Below are positions 1 through 8,004 of a stretch of DNA of 47,142 nucleotides, piece after piece. The position numbers and the translations under genes were made by a program. The notes under the pieces are model-generated. The model was not told the origin of the DNA. It worked only from the letters and a program-made list of their open reading frames with translations, and did no database searches. Position 1 is the stretch's first letter, and the number at the start of each line of letters is the position of its first letter. Source of the stretch: Verrucomicrobiia bacterium (GTDB lineage Bacteria; Verrucomicrobiota; Verrucomicrobiia; Palsa-1439); contig JBGOTY010000001.1 in NCBI GenBank assembly GCA_041476745.1, positions 1 through 47,142 of the forward strand, written 5' to 3'.

Positions 1-410
1 AGGTGCTGCGGAGGATTCGGCGGTAGTTTCCAGACGATCTCGCCGTGGTCGGTCGCTACATGCATCTGGTTAGCGAGATCGATTCCCGCATTGTAGGTCT
101 TCTCGAATGCGGCGAAATTCTTCGCGGCGACGTGTTGATCGAGCGGGTCGAGAATCTTCTTCGTGTAGTTTTCTACCATGCCCTTGTACTTCGGCCGCGT
201 CAGGTTGCCCTTCTTGAACAGGCTGCGAACGCCGCGCAATTGATAAGCCGCCAGCTCCCAATTCCCGCCCTTCGCCGCGTAGTAGGCAATCCAGTAGCGG
301 TCGCTTACGTCGCGCATGAGCGTTCCGAGTCCCGGCTGCAGTTCCGCGATCTGGTCGAGCGTCAACTCACCGTGCTTGGTCCGCCCAACAATTGGTTTCT
401 CATCCGGCAT
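1..410 (-). CDS. hypothetical protein (N-terminal 136 codons; C-terminus lies beyond the left window edge)
   Basis: Absent from the ORF track because it is open at the window edge. Hand translation of the reverse complement from ATG 410..408 gives MPDEKPIVGRTKHGELTLDQIAELQPGLGTLMRDVSDRYWIAYYAAKGGNWELAAYQLRGVRSLFKKGNLTRPKYKGMVENYTKKILDPLDQHVAAKNFAAFEKTYNAGIDLANQMHVATDHGEIVWKLPPNPPQH, with no stop down to nt 1. Composition is balanced, unlike the Arg/Pro-rich + strand ORF 45..638 that overlaps it. No family recognised. Confidence 0.6.
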   Translation of the reverse strand, partial: MPDEKPIVGRTKHGELTLDQIAELQPGLGTLMRDVSDRYWIAYYAAKGGNWELAAYQLRGVRSLFKKGNLTRPKYKGMVENYTKKILDPLDQHVAAKNFAAFEKTYNAGIDLANQMHVATDHGEIVWKLPPNPPQH

Positions 411-458
411 GCGCACCTGTGTAATCCGCGCTCTCCAACAAATCAATGTAAAACAAAA

Positions 459-480
459 CCCCGACACGCGCGTGTCGGGG
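459..480 (-). terminator. rho-independent terminator downstream of the LTXXQ gene / Mo-enzyme operon
   Basis: Perfect GC-rich hairpin CCCCGACACG-CG-CGTGTCGGGG at 459..480. On the minus strand it is followed by TTTTGTTTT (reverse complement of aaaacaaaa at 450..458). It lies 25 nt past the stop of CDS 505..867. Confidence 0.75.
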
Positions 481-504
481 CTCGTCGATTTCAAACTCCA
501 AGTT

Positions 505-867
505 CTAGCTCGCTTTGTCCGTCTTCGCACCCATGGATTTCATGTACGGGCACTCGGCGCTGGCTTTGGCCTTGCCGCTGTGGGCTTCCCACTGTGCCAA
601 CTGGTCGGGCGAGAGGATTTTCTCCAGCCCGCTGTTGAACATCGCGTGGAACTCCGAGGTCGAGGTCGCTTTGAGGCACTCCTGTTTCAAGACGTCGATT
701 TTCGCTTTCTGGCCGTCCGTCAGGCTCAATTTGCTGAACATGTCGCCGCAAGCCGCACCCTTCGCGCTGCTCTTCGACATGCCTCCGCAACAGCCTTCAC
801 CCGCAAACACCGATGCCGCGCCGAGCGCGACGACCGCCGCTACCGTAAATGCCAAAAACTTCTTCAT
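505..867 (-). CDS. secreted Cys/Met-rich protein with two LTXXQ-like motifs (Spy/CpxP/ZraP-like periplasmic protein)
   Basis: 120 aa. Signal peptide MKKFLAFTVAAVVALGAASVFA. Motifs LSLTDGQKAKI and LSPDQLAQW. Cys clusters GEGCCGG, AACGDM and AECPYMKSM. GAGGAG ribosome-binding site upstream of the ATG. Confidence 0.8.
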   Translation of the reverse strand: MKKFLAFTVAAVVALGAASVFAGEGCCGGMSKSSAKGAACGDMFSKLSLTDGQKAKIDVLKQECLKATSTSEFHAMFNSGLEKILSPDQLAQWEAHSGKAKASAECPYMKSMGAKTDKAS

Positions 868-935
868 TATGCTCTCCTCGTGTGTTGATTCGTCACTTAG
901 ACGTCATACTACCATCGTTTGTTCAACCCGTGGCG

Positions 936-3269
936 TTATTTCTTCGCAAGAATCGCGTTCAGAACGCGCTCGGGCGTGAATGGCGCTTTCATCATCCGCA
1001 CGCCGCACGCATCGTAAATCGCGTTTGCCAGCGCGGGCAACGGGCCGTTGATTCCGATCTCGGCGATGCTCTTCGCGCCGAATGGACCGGTCGGCTCATA
1101 GGTCTCGACGAGAATCGTGCGAATCTTTGGCGCGTCCACCGTCGTGAACAGCCGATAATCGAAGAAGCTTGGGTTGAGCATGCGGCCGCGTTCGTCGAAG
1201 ACCATCTCTTCGCACAGCGCGTAGCTCAGGCCGTTCAGGGCCGCGCCTTCCATCTGGCCTTCCGCGAGCTTCGGATTGATTGCGACGCCGCAGTCCACGG
1301 CGCAGACGTAATCGAGCACGCGTACTTTGCCCGTCTCCGTGTCCACTTCGACTTCCGCGAAATGCGCGGCGAACGGCGGTGGCGACACGTAGGAAATGTG
1401 CGACGCTTCGCCTTCGATCTGGAACTGGTTCTGGCCGTAGAGCGAGCGGTTGATGATGTTGGGGTACGGCACTTCCTTGCCCGACTTGCTGATGACCTTC
1501 GCGTTCTCGCAGTGCAAGTTCGCGACGTCTTCCTTCAACATTTCGGCGGCGACTTTGAGAATCTTGTCGCGGCAGGCTTCCGCCGCTTTCTTGACGGCGC
1601 CGCCGGACACGTACGTGGTGCTGGACGCATATGCGCCCTTGTCGAACGGCGTCATGTCGGTGTCGGACGAGTAGGTCTGAATCTTGTCGACAGTGACACC
1701 CAACACCTGTCCCGCGATCTGCGCGAGCACGGTGTCGCTGCCGGTGCCGAGGTCGGTCGCGCCCATCAACAGGTTGAACGAACCATCCTCATTCATCTTG
1801 ATGCGCGCCGACGCCATGTCGATGCCCGCGATGCCGGAGCCTTGCATCAGGCAGGCCAGGCCGACGCCCCGCTTGATGCGCGCGTTCGGGTCGCGTTTGG
1901 CGTACAGGCGATGCTTCTTGGTCCAGCCAATTGCTGCCGCGGCGCGGTCGATGCACTCGTCCAACCCGCAGCTCTCAATTGGGTTCTCGTGTCCTTCCTT
2001 CCCCTCGCCCAACGCGGTGAAGACGGGGTTGGTCTCGCCCTTCTGGATGTGGTTCTTCTTGCGCAGTTCAATGGGATCGATGCCCAGCTTCTCGGCGATG
2101 ATGTCCATCATTTGCTCGATGGCGAACGCGCCCTGTGTCGCGCCGTAACCGCGATACGCGCCGGTGATCGGCGTATTCGTGTACACCGAGTCACCCCAGA
2201 ACCGCACGTTTTTGCATCGATAAAACGGCAGCGTCTTGCTGCCGACGTTCGTAAGCAGCGTCAGCGAATGCGTCCCGTATCCGCCCGTCCAGCTCGTCAC
2301 GCGCTGGTCCATCGCGGTGAACGTGCCGTCCTTCTTCACGCCGATGGTCATCTTGATAATCGACGGATCGCGCGTGCGGCTCGCGATGAATTCCTCGCGG
2401 CGCGTCATCTCGATCTTCACCGGCCGACGTGTCCGCACCGTGATCAGCGCGCACAGATCCTCGAGAATGATCTCCTGTTTCGCGCCGAACCCGCCGCCGA
2501 TACGCGGCTTGATGACGCGGATCTGGTTGACGGGAATCTGCAGGCATTGCGCCACGATGCGGCGGCAATGCCACGGCACTTGCGTAGCCGTGCGCAACAC
2601 GATGCGATGGTTCTCGTCGAGATAGCCGATGCACACGTGCGGCTCCAACGGACAATGCTGCGCGTATTGCGTCTCGAACTCCTCCTCAACGACAAAATCC
2701 GCTTCTTTCAATCCCTGGTCGATCTTGCCGATCTCCACATCATAATGCGCCGCGATGTTGTGCTTGCGGTCGTGAATTCCATCGGCATCGGGCTCGTCGT
2801 GAATGATCGGCGCGCCGTCCTTCACAGCCTCGCGCACATCGAACACCGCCGGCAACACTTCATACTTCACATTGATGAGTTTCAACGCCTGCTCAGCGAT
2901 CTCGGCGGTGTCGGCAGCCACGCACGCCACGCGGTCCCCCACAAACCGCACCTTCGTGTCGAACATGAACGCATCATACGGCGACGGCTCCGGATACCCC
3001 TGCCCCGCCGTCGTGTGCGGCACACGCGGAACGTTCTTATACGTGAGCACAATCACCACGCCCGGCAACTTCTCTGCCTCGGTCGTGTCAATGTCGAGAA
3101 TGCGTGCGTGCGCATGCGGACTCCCCAGAATCTTCGCATGCAGCATGTTCTTCAGGAAAATGTCGTCCGTAAACTTCGCTGACCCCGTGACCAGCCCAAT
3201 CCCATCCACCCGCCACGGACTCGTCCCGACGGAATGTTTTTCAAATGGAAGTGTTGTTGTGTCTTTCAT
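936..3269 (-). CDS. xanthine dehydrogenase family protein, molybdopterin-binding (large) subunit
   Basis: 777 aa. N-terminal VDGIGLVTGSAKFTDDI...LHAKILGSPHAHARILDID, then PRIGGGFGAKQE, GAYRGYGATQG and C-terminal GPFGAKSIAEIGINGPLPALANAI are the hallmark blocks of aldehyde oxidase/xanthine dehydrogenase large subunits. The CODH-specific AYxCSFR loop is absent. AGGA ribosome-binding site before the ATG. Confidence 0.93.
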   Translation of the reverse strand: MKDTTTLPFEKHSVGTSPWRVDGIGLVTGSAKFTDDIFLKNMLHAKILGSPHAHARILDIDTTEAEKLPGVVIVLTYKNVPRVPHTTAGQGYPEPSPYDAFMFDTKVRFVGDRVACVAADTAEIAEQALKLINVKYEVLPAVFDVREAVKDGAPIIHDEPDADGIHDRKHNIAAHYDVEIGKIDQGLKEADFVVEEEFETQYAQHCPLEPHVCIGYLDENHRIVLRTATQVPWHCRRIVAQCLQIPVNQIRVIKPRIGGGFGAKQEIILEDLCALITVRTRRPVKIEMTRREEFIASRTRDPSIIKMTIGVKKDGTFTAMDQRVTSWTGGYGTHSLTLLTNVGSKTLPFYRCKNVRFWGDSVYTNTPITGAYRGYGATQGAFAIEQMMDIIAEKLGIDPIELRKKNHIQKGETNPVFTALGEGKEGHENPIESCGLDECIDRAAAAIGWTKKHRLYAKRDPNARIKRGVGLACLMQGSGIAGIDMASARIKMNEDGSFNLLMGATDLGTGSDTVLAQIAGQVLGVTVDKIQTYSSDTDMTPFDKGAYASSTTYVSGGAVKKAAEACRDKILKVAAEMLKEDVANLHCENAKVISKSGKEVPYPNIINRSLYGQNQFQIEGEASHISYVSPPPFAAHFAEVEVDTETGKVRVLDYVCAVDCGVAINPKLAEGQMEGAALNGLSYALCEEMVFDERGRMLNPSFFDYRLFTTVDAPKIRTILVETYEPTGPFGAKSIAEIGINGPLPALANAIYDACGVRMMKAPFTPERVLNAILAKK

Positions 3270-3282
3270 GACCGTGTCCTAA

Positions 3283-3582
3283 TTACTTGGGCAAAATGTC
3301 TCTCTTCAAATAAGCGTCAATTACGGCGAGCTGATAGGACGCGTTAGCTGTAAGATCCCGGTAATTACCAGGACGTAGAGAGTTGTCGCGGTTAAATCTT
3401 CTGCAAACACGTGCGAGCCATTTGTTCCCGTGAAACCGAGGTTTCTTCGTCCATGGAATAAACTCAAGCCCATCACCTGCAGTACCCACGGTGAAGGGTC
3501 TTCGGCGCGACAGCGTCAACAGCCGCATATCTTCCCTAGCGCGCACAAAACCGACAAGCTCTTCTGGTGAAACGTTTTTCAT
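3283..3582 (-). CDS. hypothetical protein, low-GC orphan ORF inside the Mo-enzyme operon
   Basis: 99 aa, ATG start 1 nt after the TGA of the 2Fe-2S gene, TAA stop 13 nt before the Mo-subunit ATG. My hand counts of two 60-nt lines (3301-3420) give 48% GC, versus 65% for line 3601-3660. No family recognised. Confidence 0.6.
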   Translation of the reverse strand: MKNVSPEELVGFVRAREDMRLLTLSRRRPFTVGTAGDGLEFIPWTKKPRFHGNKWLARVCRRFNRDNSLRPGNYRDLTANASYQLAVIDAYLKRDILPK

Positions 3583-3583
3583 A

Positions 3584-4069
3584 TCACGCCGTCACGCCTC
3601 CTTTGGCATTGCGGATTTCGGCGGCGGCGGTGAGGACGGCGGCGATGGGTTTGACGTAGCCGGTGCAGCGGCAGATGACGCCGGAGAGGGCTTCGCGAAC
3701 GTCGGCATCGGTTGGGGTCGGGTTCGCGTCGAGCAATTCTTTCGCGGAGAGGATCAAACCGGGGGTGCAGAAACCGCATTGCGCTCCACCCTCATCAAGG
3801 AACGCCTTCTGCAGAGGATGGAGCGTACCGTCTTTTGCGGACAGGCCCTCGATGGTCTCGATCGTCTTGTTCTGGCAATGGGCGGCCAGAACGACGCAGG
3901 AATTGACCGTCCGCCCGTTCAGCAACACGGCGCAGATGCCGCAGTCGCCGTTCGAGCAACCGACCTTCACGCCCGAGTAGCCTTCGCGCCGCAGAATGTC
4001 GAGCAGCGTGTCCGTCGGCTGACACGCGAAATCTTTTGGATCATTGTTGATGGTGACGTGCAGGTTCAC
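3584..4069 (-). CDS. (2Fe-2S)-binding small subunit of xanthine dehydrogenase family enzyme (CoxS-like)
   Basis: 161 aa. GCSNGDCGICAVLLNGRTVNSC (plant-type ferredoxin cluster) plus QCGFCTPG...CRCTGY (second cluster). GTG start overlaps the upstream stop (GTGA at 4066..4069). Confidence 0.93.
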   Translation of the reverse strand: MNLHVTINNDPKDFACQPTDTLLDILRREGYSGVKVGCSNGDCGICAVLLNGRTVNSCVVLAAHCQNKTIETIEGLSAKDGTLHPLQKAFLDEGGAQCGFCTPGLILSAKELLDANPTPTDADVREALSGVICRCTGYVKPIAAVLTAAAEIRNAKGGVTA

Positions 4070-4968
4070 AGCGACCTCCCTTTGGCAAATTGATACGCTT
4101 CCGCCAGCGCGCGCCTGACAAGGACGCTGCTGATTTGCTTGCGATACTGCGCGCTGCCGCGAACGTCGGAGACAGGCTGAATCAAATCGGCAGCCTTCGC
4201 GCTGACGGATGCCACGAGCGCGGCGTCGACCGGCTTGTCGCTCAACTCTTGTTCCAGCACTGTCAAGCGCACGGGGGCGGGCAAGCCGCCGCCCACCGCG
4301 ATGCGTGCCTCAGCGCATTTCTTCCCGGTCATCTTCAAGACGGCGACCACGTTCAAAATCGCCACCGCGTCACCGTCGGTGAGGGCGACCCGCTGCAACG
4401 ATGCGCCCGCGTCGCCGCTCGGCAGTTTCGCGGAGAAATCCACGGCGATTTCCGTATTGCCCAAGATCGCCCTGTTCTCTTTGCTGAAGAAGCTGGCCAA
4501 TGGCACAACGCGTTTTTGCTTTCCCTGCACCGTTACCTGTGTGTCGAGCGCCAAGAGAGCCGTAAGCAAATCGAAAAAGGTCGCGTACCCGAACACCACA
4601 TCCTGCAAGGTCGTCGTGTTGCGCTGGATTCTTGTGGAATAAGCCTGCGCCGCCTTGGGCAAAAGACCATTGAGGGCTTCGTTTAGTTCTTTCGAGGCCA
4701 CGATTTGCTGGAAATTTGCCGCGCCGCCGATGGAGAGTTTCCGTCCTTCGACCTTCACGTAGTTAAGGTCAACCGCGGAAATATCCACCAGACAGGTGGC
4801 TGCCCGCAATTTGCTGGAGATGAGATGAAACGCGCCCGTCACGGGCACAGGGATCTGCCCGTCATTCTTCCCCAGCTTCTTGAGAGCGTCGCGAAGCGAG
4901 GTGGCGTAGTAGTATTCTTGAACATTCGCAAACATTTGATTTCCTTGCGCTATAAGCTGCGGCCCCAA
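4066..4968 (-). CDS. xanthine dehydrogenase family medium (FAD-binding-domain-like, CoxM-like) subunit, with degenerate FAD motifs
   Basis: 300-aa ORF. Overall CoxM/XdhB-like pattern (YYYATSLRDALKKL..., LVDISAV..L..V......LSIGGAANFQQI, ...VPLASFF, SDVRGSAQYRKQISSVLVRRAL) and operon position upstream of the FeS and Mo subunits. An alternative ATG at 4935 (MFANVQEYYY...) is the more likely start. Confidence 0.8.
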   Translation of the reverse strand: MGPQLIAQGNQMFANVQEYYYATSLRDALKKLGKNDGQIPVPVTGAFHLISSKLRAATCLVDISAVDLNYVKVEGRKLSIGGAANFQQIVASKELNEALNGLLPKAAQAYSTRIQRNTTTLQDVVFGYATFFDLLTALLALDTQVTVQGKQKRVVPLASFFSKENRAILGNTEIAVDFSAKLPSGDAGASLQRVALTDGDAVAILNVVAVLKMTGKKCAEARIAVGGGLPAPVRLTVLEQELSDKPVDAALVASVSAKAADLIQPVSDVRGSAQYRKQISSVLVRRALAEAYQFAKGRSL

Positions 4969-5045
4969 CGCCTACCAGCCTACACTTGAGGTCATTTCTT
5001 GACCAGAGATTTCTTGGATACAGTCCGAACCGACGAACCAGAGAG

Positions 5046-7277
5046 TTACGGAGACGGTATGATCGTCACGAAGCCGGTCTCGTTTGTTCCCAGAAAAAGG
5101 CCACCCCCGAAATGATTGGTCTGCACCAGTTGCCCGTTGAAGAAAATGGGCTTCTTATTTAGGGCGGGGTCGACGAAGCTGCCACCAAATGCACCGCTCT
5201 GCGGCGTCACAAATAACGCCAGCTTGTCACTGCCGGGCGTCGGGACCGTGACGTTGCCTAAAGCGTCCACAACCACCGTCGCGACGAGGTTGCTTACGAG
5301 GTTGCCGCCGCCCAACGTGACCACGTTGGTTCCCGCGACCGACAGGCCAGCGGAGTTCGTCGAGGAATTCGGTTTGAGGTACGCTGCGCCCGCCAGTGAG
5401 ACCAAGGTCGTGAACCCACCCGAATAGAAGCGATCCGATGTCACCGGGGGCTTCTGCCAGTCGAGTGCGGCGTCAATCACGTTGGTGCCGGTAAAGGCGA
5501 TCCGCCCGAGGGAGAAGCCTTTCTTTGAATACAGCAGGTCATAGAACGGCCATGTGCCAATTAATGATACGGGAGCGGTGCCGGAGATTTTCGTTCCATC
5601 ACCGAGCACGCCCCGCAGGCTGCCCTTGCCAGTTCTCGACACCGTCAACGTCCCATAGCCATATCCCTGGGGCAAAGTCGGATCGGTTGGATCAACCGGC
5701 GGCACAACGAAGGTAAACTTCCCCGCGAACGGGCAGCGAAAGTTCTTGCCGAACCCGCCCAGATCAGCGAGCAACTGAGAGGTGAACGACACATCGTCCG
5801 ACACGGTACCGATGACCTGATTGGTTCCGCCGGCCTCACTCAACTGCAGAATGAGTTGAAGTGTATTCAGGTTTTTGCGCACGACCGTATTGGTTGCATT
5901 CCCTGTCGCATCGAACTGGCCCTTGAAGGCTGAGAGCACGCTGCCCAAGGTCAGCTTTCCCGTGAAGGATCCCGTGGCACTGACGACGAGGGTGATCGAA
6001 CCCGAGCTGGCAAGTGTCGGGGTGTTGGTCTGAATCGCGAGACCGTTGTACGTCCCGGCCGGGAAGATGCCAAACCGGAAGACGGTGCCGTGGAGTTTTG
6101 CGCCCCCGAAGGCTGTGGTCCCATAGAAAAAGGCGTCGTCGCCCTGAATTAACCCCGCGTACGGGAAGGCGCCATCCGTGCCGCCGTTAAAATCGTACAG
6201 CGTCGTGAACACGCTGTTGGAGGTGACCTGGTATACGGTCCCGTAGCGATTCCCCCCGCCCAGGGTCATCCCGTAAAAAAAGCTGTCGCGCCCCTGAACA
6301 AGCACGCCCCGTGAATTCTTCCCTTCGCCGGCGGCAAAGTTATGCAGCGTTGTCAAAGTGCCTGCCGAAGTGATCTTGAAGACGGTGCCATCGCCGCGTG
6401 GCCCGTCCGAGGTTGTCCCGTAGAAAAGACCGTCGCTGCCCTGGATAAGCTGCGATTCTGGGAAATCACCATTCGTGTTGTTGCTAAACTGAAACAACGT
6501 GGTCAACGTGCCGGCCGAGGTAATCTGAAACACCGTGCCGCTTTCGTTCGTCCCCCCGAGGAAAGTTGTCCCGTAAAAATTGCTGTCGCTACCCTGCACC
6601 AGACCCGCCTCGGGCCTGCCGCCGTCGGTGCCGTCAAAACTGAAAAGCGTCGTGAACGTGCCCGCGGAACTGACGGTGAATACGCTGCCAGTGCCGTTCA
6701 CACCGCCCCCGGTAGTGGTTCCGTAGAAAAGACCGTCATTGCCCTCCACCAACTGGATATCGGGGACGCCGCCGTCGATGCCACCGGTAAAAGTGTAGAG
6801 CGTTGTAAACGCGCCATTGGAGCTGACCTGGTAAATGGTGCCAAAGCCGATCCCGCCGCCGGAGGCCGTCCCGTAGAAAAATCCGTCACTGCCCTGGATC
6901 ACGCCAGCGCGTGGGTTGCAGCCGTCGGGGCCGCCCGTAAAATTGTAAATCGTGGTCAGTGTGCCTGCCGTAGTGATCTTGAAGACGGTGCCCGTGCTAT
7001 GCGTCCCCCCTTCCCCCGTTGTCCCGTAGAAAAGGCCGTCGCTGCCCTTTAGCAGCTCGGACTGCGGCAGAGCGCCGTCGGGTCCGGCAAATTTAAAAAT
7101 GGTCTCGGGCGTGATCTGGGTCGCCACGACAGGACTACCCGCCATGCCCAGCAGGACAATTGCAGCTAGGATCCGGAAGCTTTTTAACACGACACGTTTT
7201 CCTCTCAATTCTCTTTGGCGCGGGTGGTTTCCCTCAACTGGCAGGCCACCATGTACAGTTTCATAGCGGAATGACAC
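5046..7277 (-). CDS. secreted Gloeo_Verruco (GloVer) tandem-repeat protein with ~340-aa uncharacterised C-terminal domain
   Basis: 743-aa ORF. Six to seven ~50-aa repeats of the form G(T/S)(V/I)(F/Y)x(I/V)(T/S)xxGxxTTLxxFxGxxDGxxPxxxLxQGSDGxFYGTTxxGG. The signal-peptide-like segment FRILAAIVLLGMAGSPVVA makes GTG at 7190 (preceded by GAGAGGAA) a likelier start than ATG 7277. Confidence 0.88.
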   Translation of the reverse strand: MSFRYETVHGGLPVEGNHPRQRELRGKRVVLKSFRILAAIVLLGMAGSPVVATQITPETIFKFAGPDGALPQSELLKGSDGLFYGTTGEGGTHSTGTVFKITTAGTLTTIYNFTGGPDGCNPRAGVIQGSDGFFYGTASGGGIGFGTIYQVSSNGAFTTLYTFTGGIDGGVPDIQLVEGNDGLFYGTTTGGGVNGTGSVFTVSSAGTFTTLFSFDGTDGGRPEAGLVQGSDSNFYGTTFLGGTNESGTVFQITSAGTLTTLFQFSNNTNGDFPESQLIQGSDGLFYGTTSDGPRGDGTVFKITSAGTLTTLHNFAAGEGKNSRGVLVQGRDSFFYGMTLGGGNRYGTVYQVTSNSVFTTLYDFNGGTDGAFPYAGLIQGDDAFFYGTTAFGGAKLHGTVFRFGIFPAGTYNGLAIQTNTPTLASSGSITLVVSATGSFTGKLTLGSVLSAFKGQFDATGNATNTVVRKNLNTLQLILQLSEAGGTNQVIGTVSDDVSFTSQLLADLGGFGKNFRCPFAGKFTFVVPPVDPTDPTLPQGYGYGTLTVSRTGKGSLRGVLGDGTKISGTAPVSLIGTWPFYDLLYSKKGFSLGRIAFTGTNVIDAALDWQKPPVTSDRFYSGGFTTLVSLAGAAYLKPNSSTNSAGLSVAGTNVVTLGGGNLVSNLVATVVVDALGNVTVPTPGSDKLALFVTPQSGAFGGSFVDPALNKKPIFFNGQLVQTNHFGGGLFLGTNETGFVTIIPSP
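6072..7106 (-). repeat. coding tandem repeats (GloVer-type, ~150-nt period, 6-7 copies)
   Basis: GTVFKITTAGTLTTIYNF, GTIYQVSSNGAFTTLYTF, GSVFTVSSAGTFTTLFSF, GTVFQITSAGTLTTLFQF, GTVFKITSAGTLTTLHNF, GTVYQVTSNSVFTTLYDF and a partial GTVFRF, spaced ~50 aa apart in CDS 5046..7277. Confidence 0.85.
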
Positions 7278-7584
7278 GCCAACGTCAATACAGGGAATCT
7301 GCCAGCGCCGCCGCGCAAACGAAGACGCGCCCTCTGGCCGCGGGTTGCAGCCGAGACTTCACGGCTAAGTCTTGCGATTAAATCACGCCCAGCTTCCGCC
7401 AGCGTTGGGGGGGCGCAACGCTGCGGCTCTGGTTTCCTGTTGCCGGTTTTCTGCAAGCGCGTGATCTGCTTGCCACTGTGCTCAAGGATTGCGTAGTATG
7501 CAGTGGTTGTTGTGCAGCGATGAAGATGGTGACGCCGTTCTTCGCTGGAACCGCGAATTATTACTCCGTAGCCACTTACGCGGT

Positions 7585-7661
<77 letters not shown>

Positions 7662-8004
7662 ATTCAATCCCCTGCGTGCCAGCAAGATCCGAAACTTCCT
7701 CCCGAACCAGAAAGTCGCTCACAATGGGTTCCGTGGCACGTACGTGTCACGCAGAGGTGATGTTCTCGGGTTTAAGTGTCCAACTGGTTGTAAAACCTTA
7801 CACGCCATGTTCAGGTTTCTGAACATCTCATGGGCGGTGTTTACATGACAACCTTTGCCAGCTCCCGGCCCAACTCCCTCAGACGAGACGACTTGCGTTG
7901 GCAGACGGAAAACGTTGAATCCTGGGCACGCGGGTAGCTAAAGGGTAGTCGACCACATAGTGTGGATTAGGGAATAGGGTACGCACACATTAGGGGAATA
8001 GGGT

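Noticed and set aside
45-638. 197-aa + strand ORF, and ORFs 316..888 and 515..979
   Set aside because: They overlap the minus-strand partial gene (1..410), the terminator hairpin and the LTXXQ gene. Their translations are Arg/Pro/Ser-rich with no features.
849-3182. 777-aa + strand ORF mirroring the Mo-subunit gene
   Set aside because: This is a shadow ORF typical of high-GC DNA. It is extremely Arg/His/Ala-rich with no recognisable motifs, while the opposite strand carries unmistakable xanthine-dehydrogenase-family blocks.
7470-7499. Sigma-70-like promoter TTGCCA-18 nt-TAGTAT about 85 nt upstream of the tRNA
   Set aside because: It is a plausible match, but promoter consensus in this lineage is uncertain, the spacer is 18 nt, and no transcript data are available. 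I did not consider this enough support for a feature.
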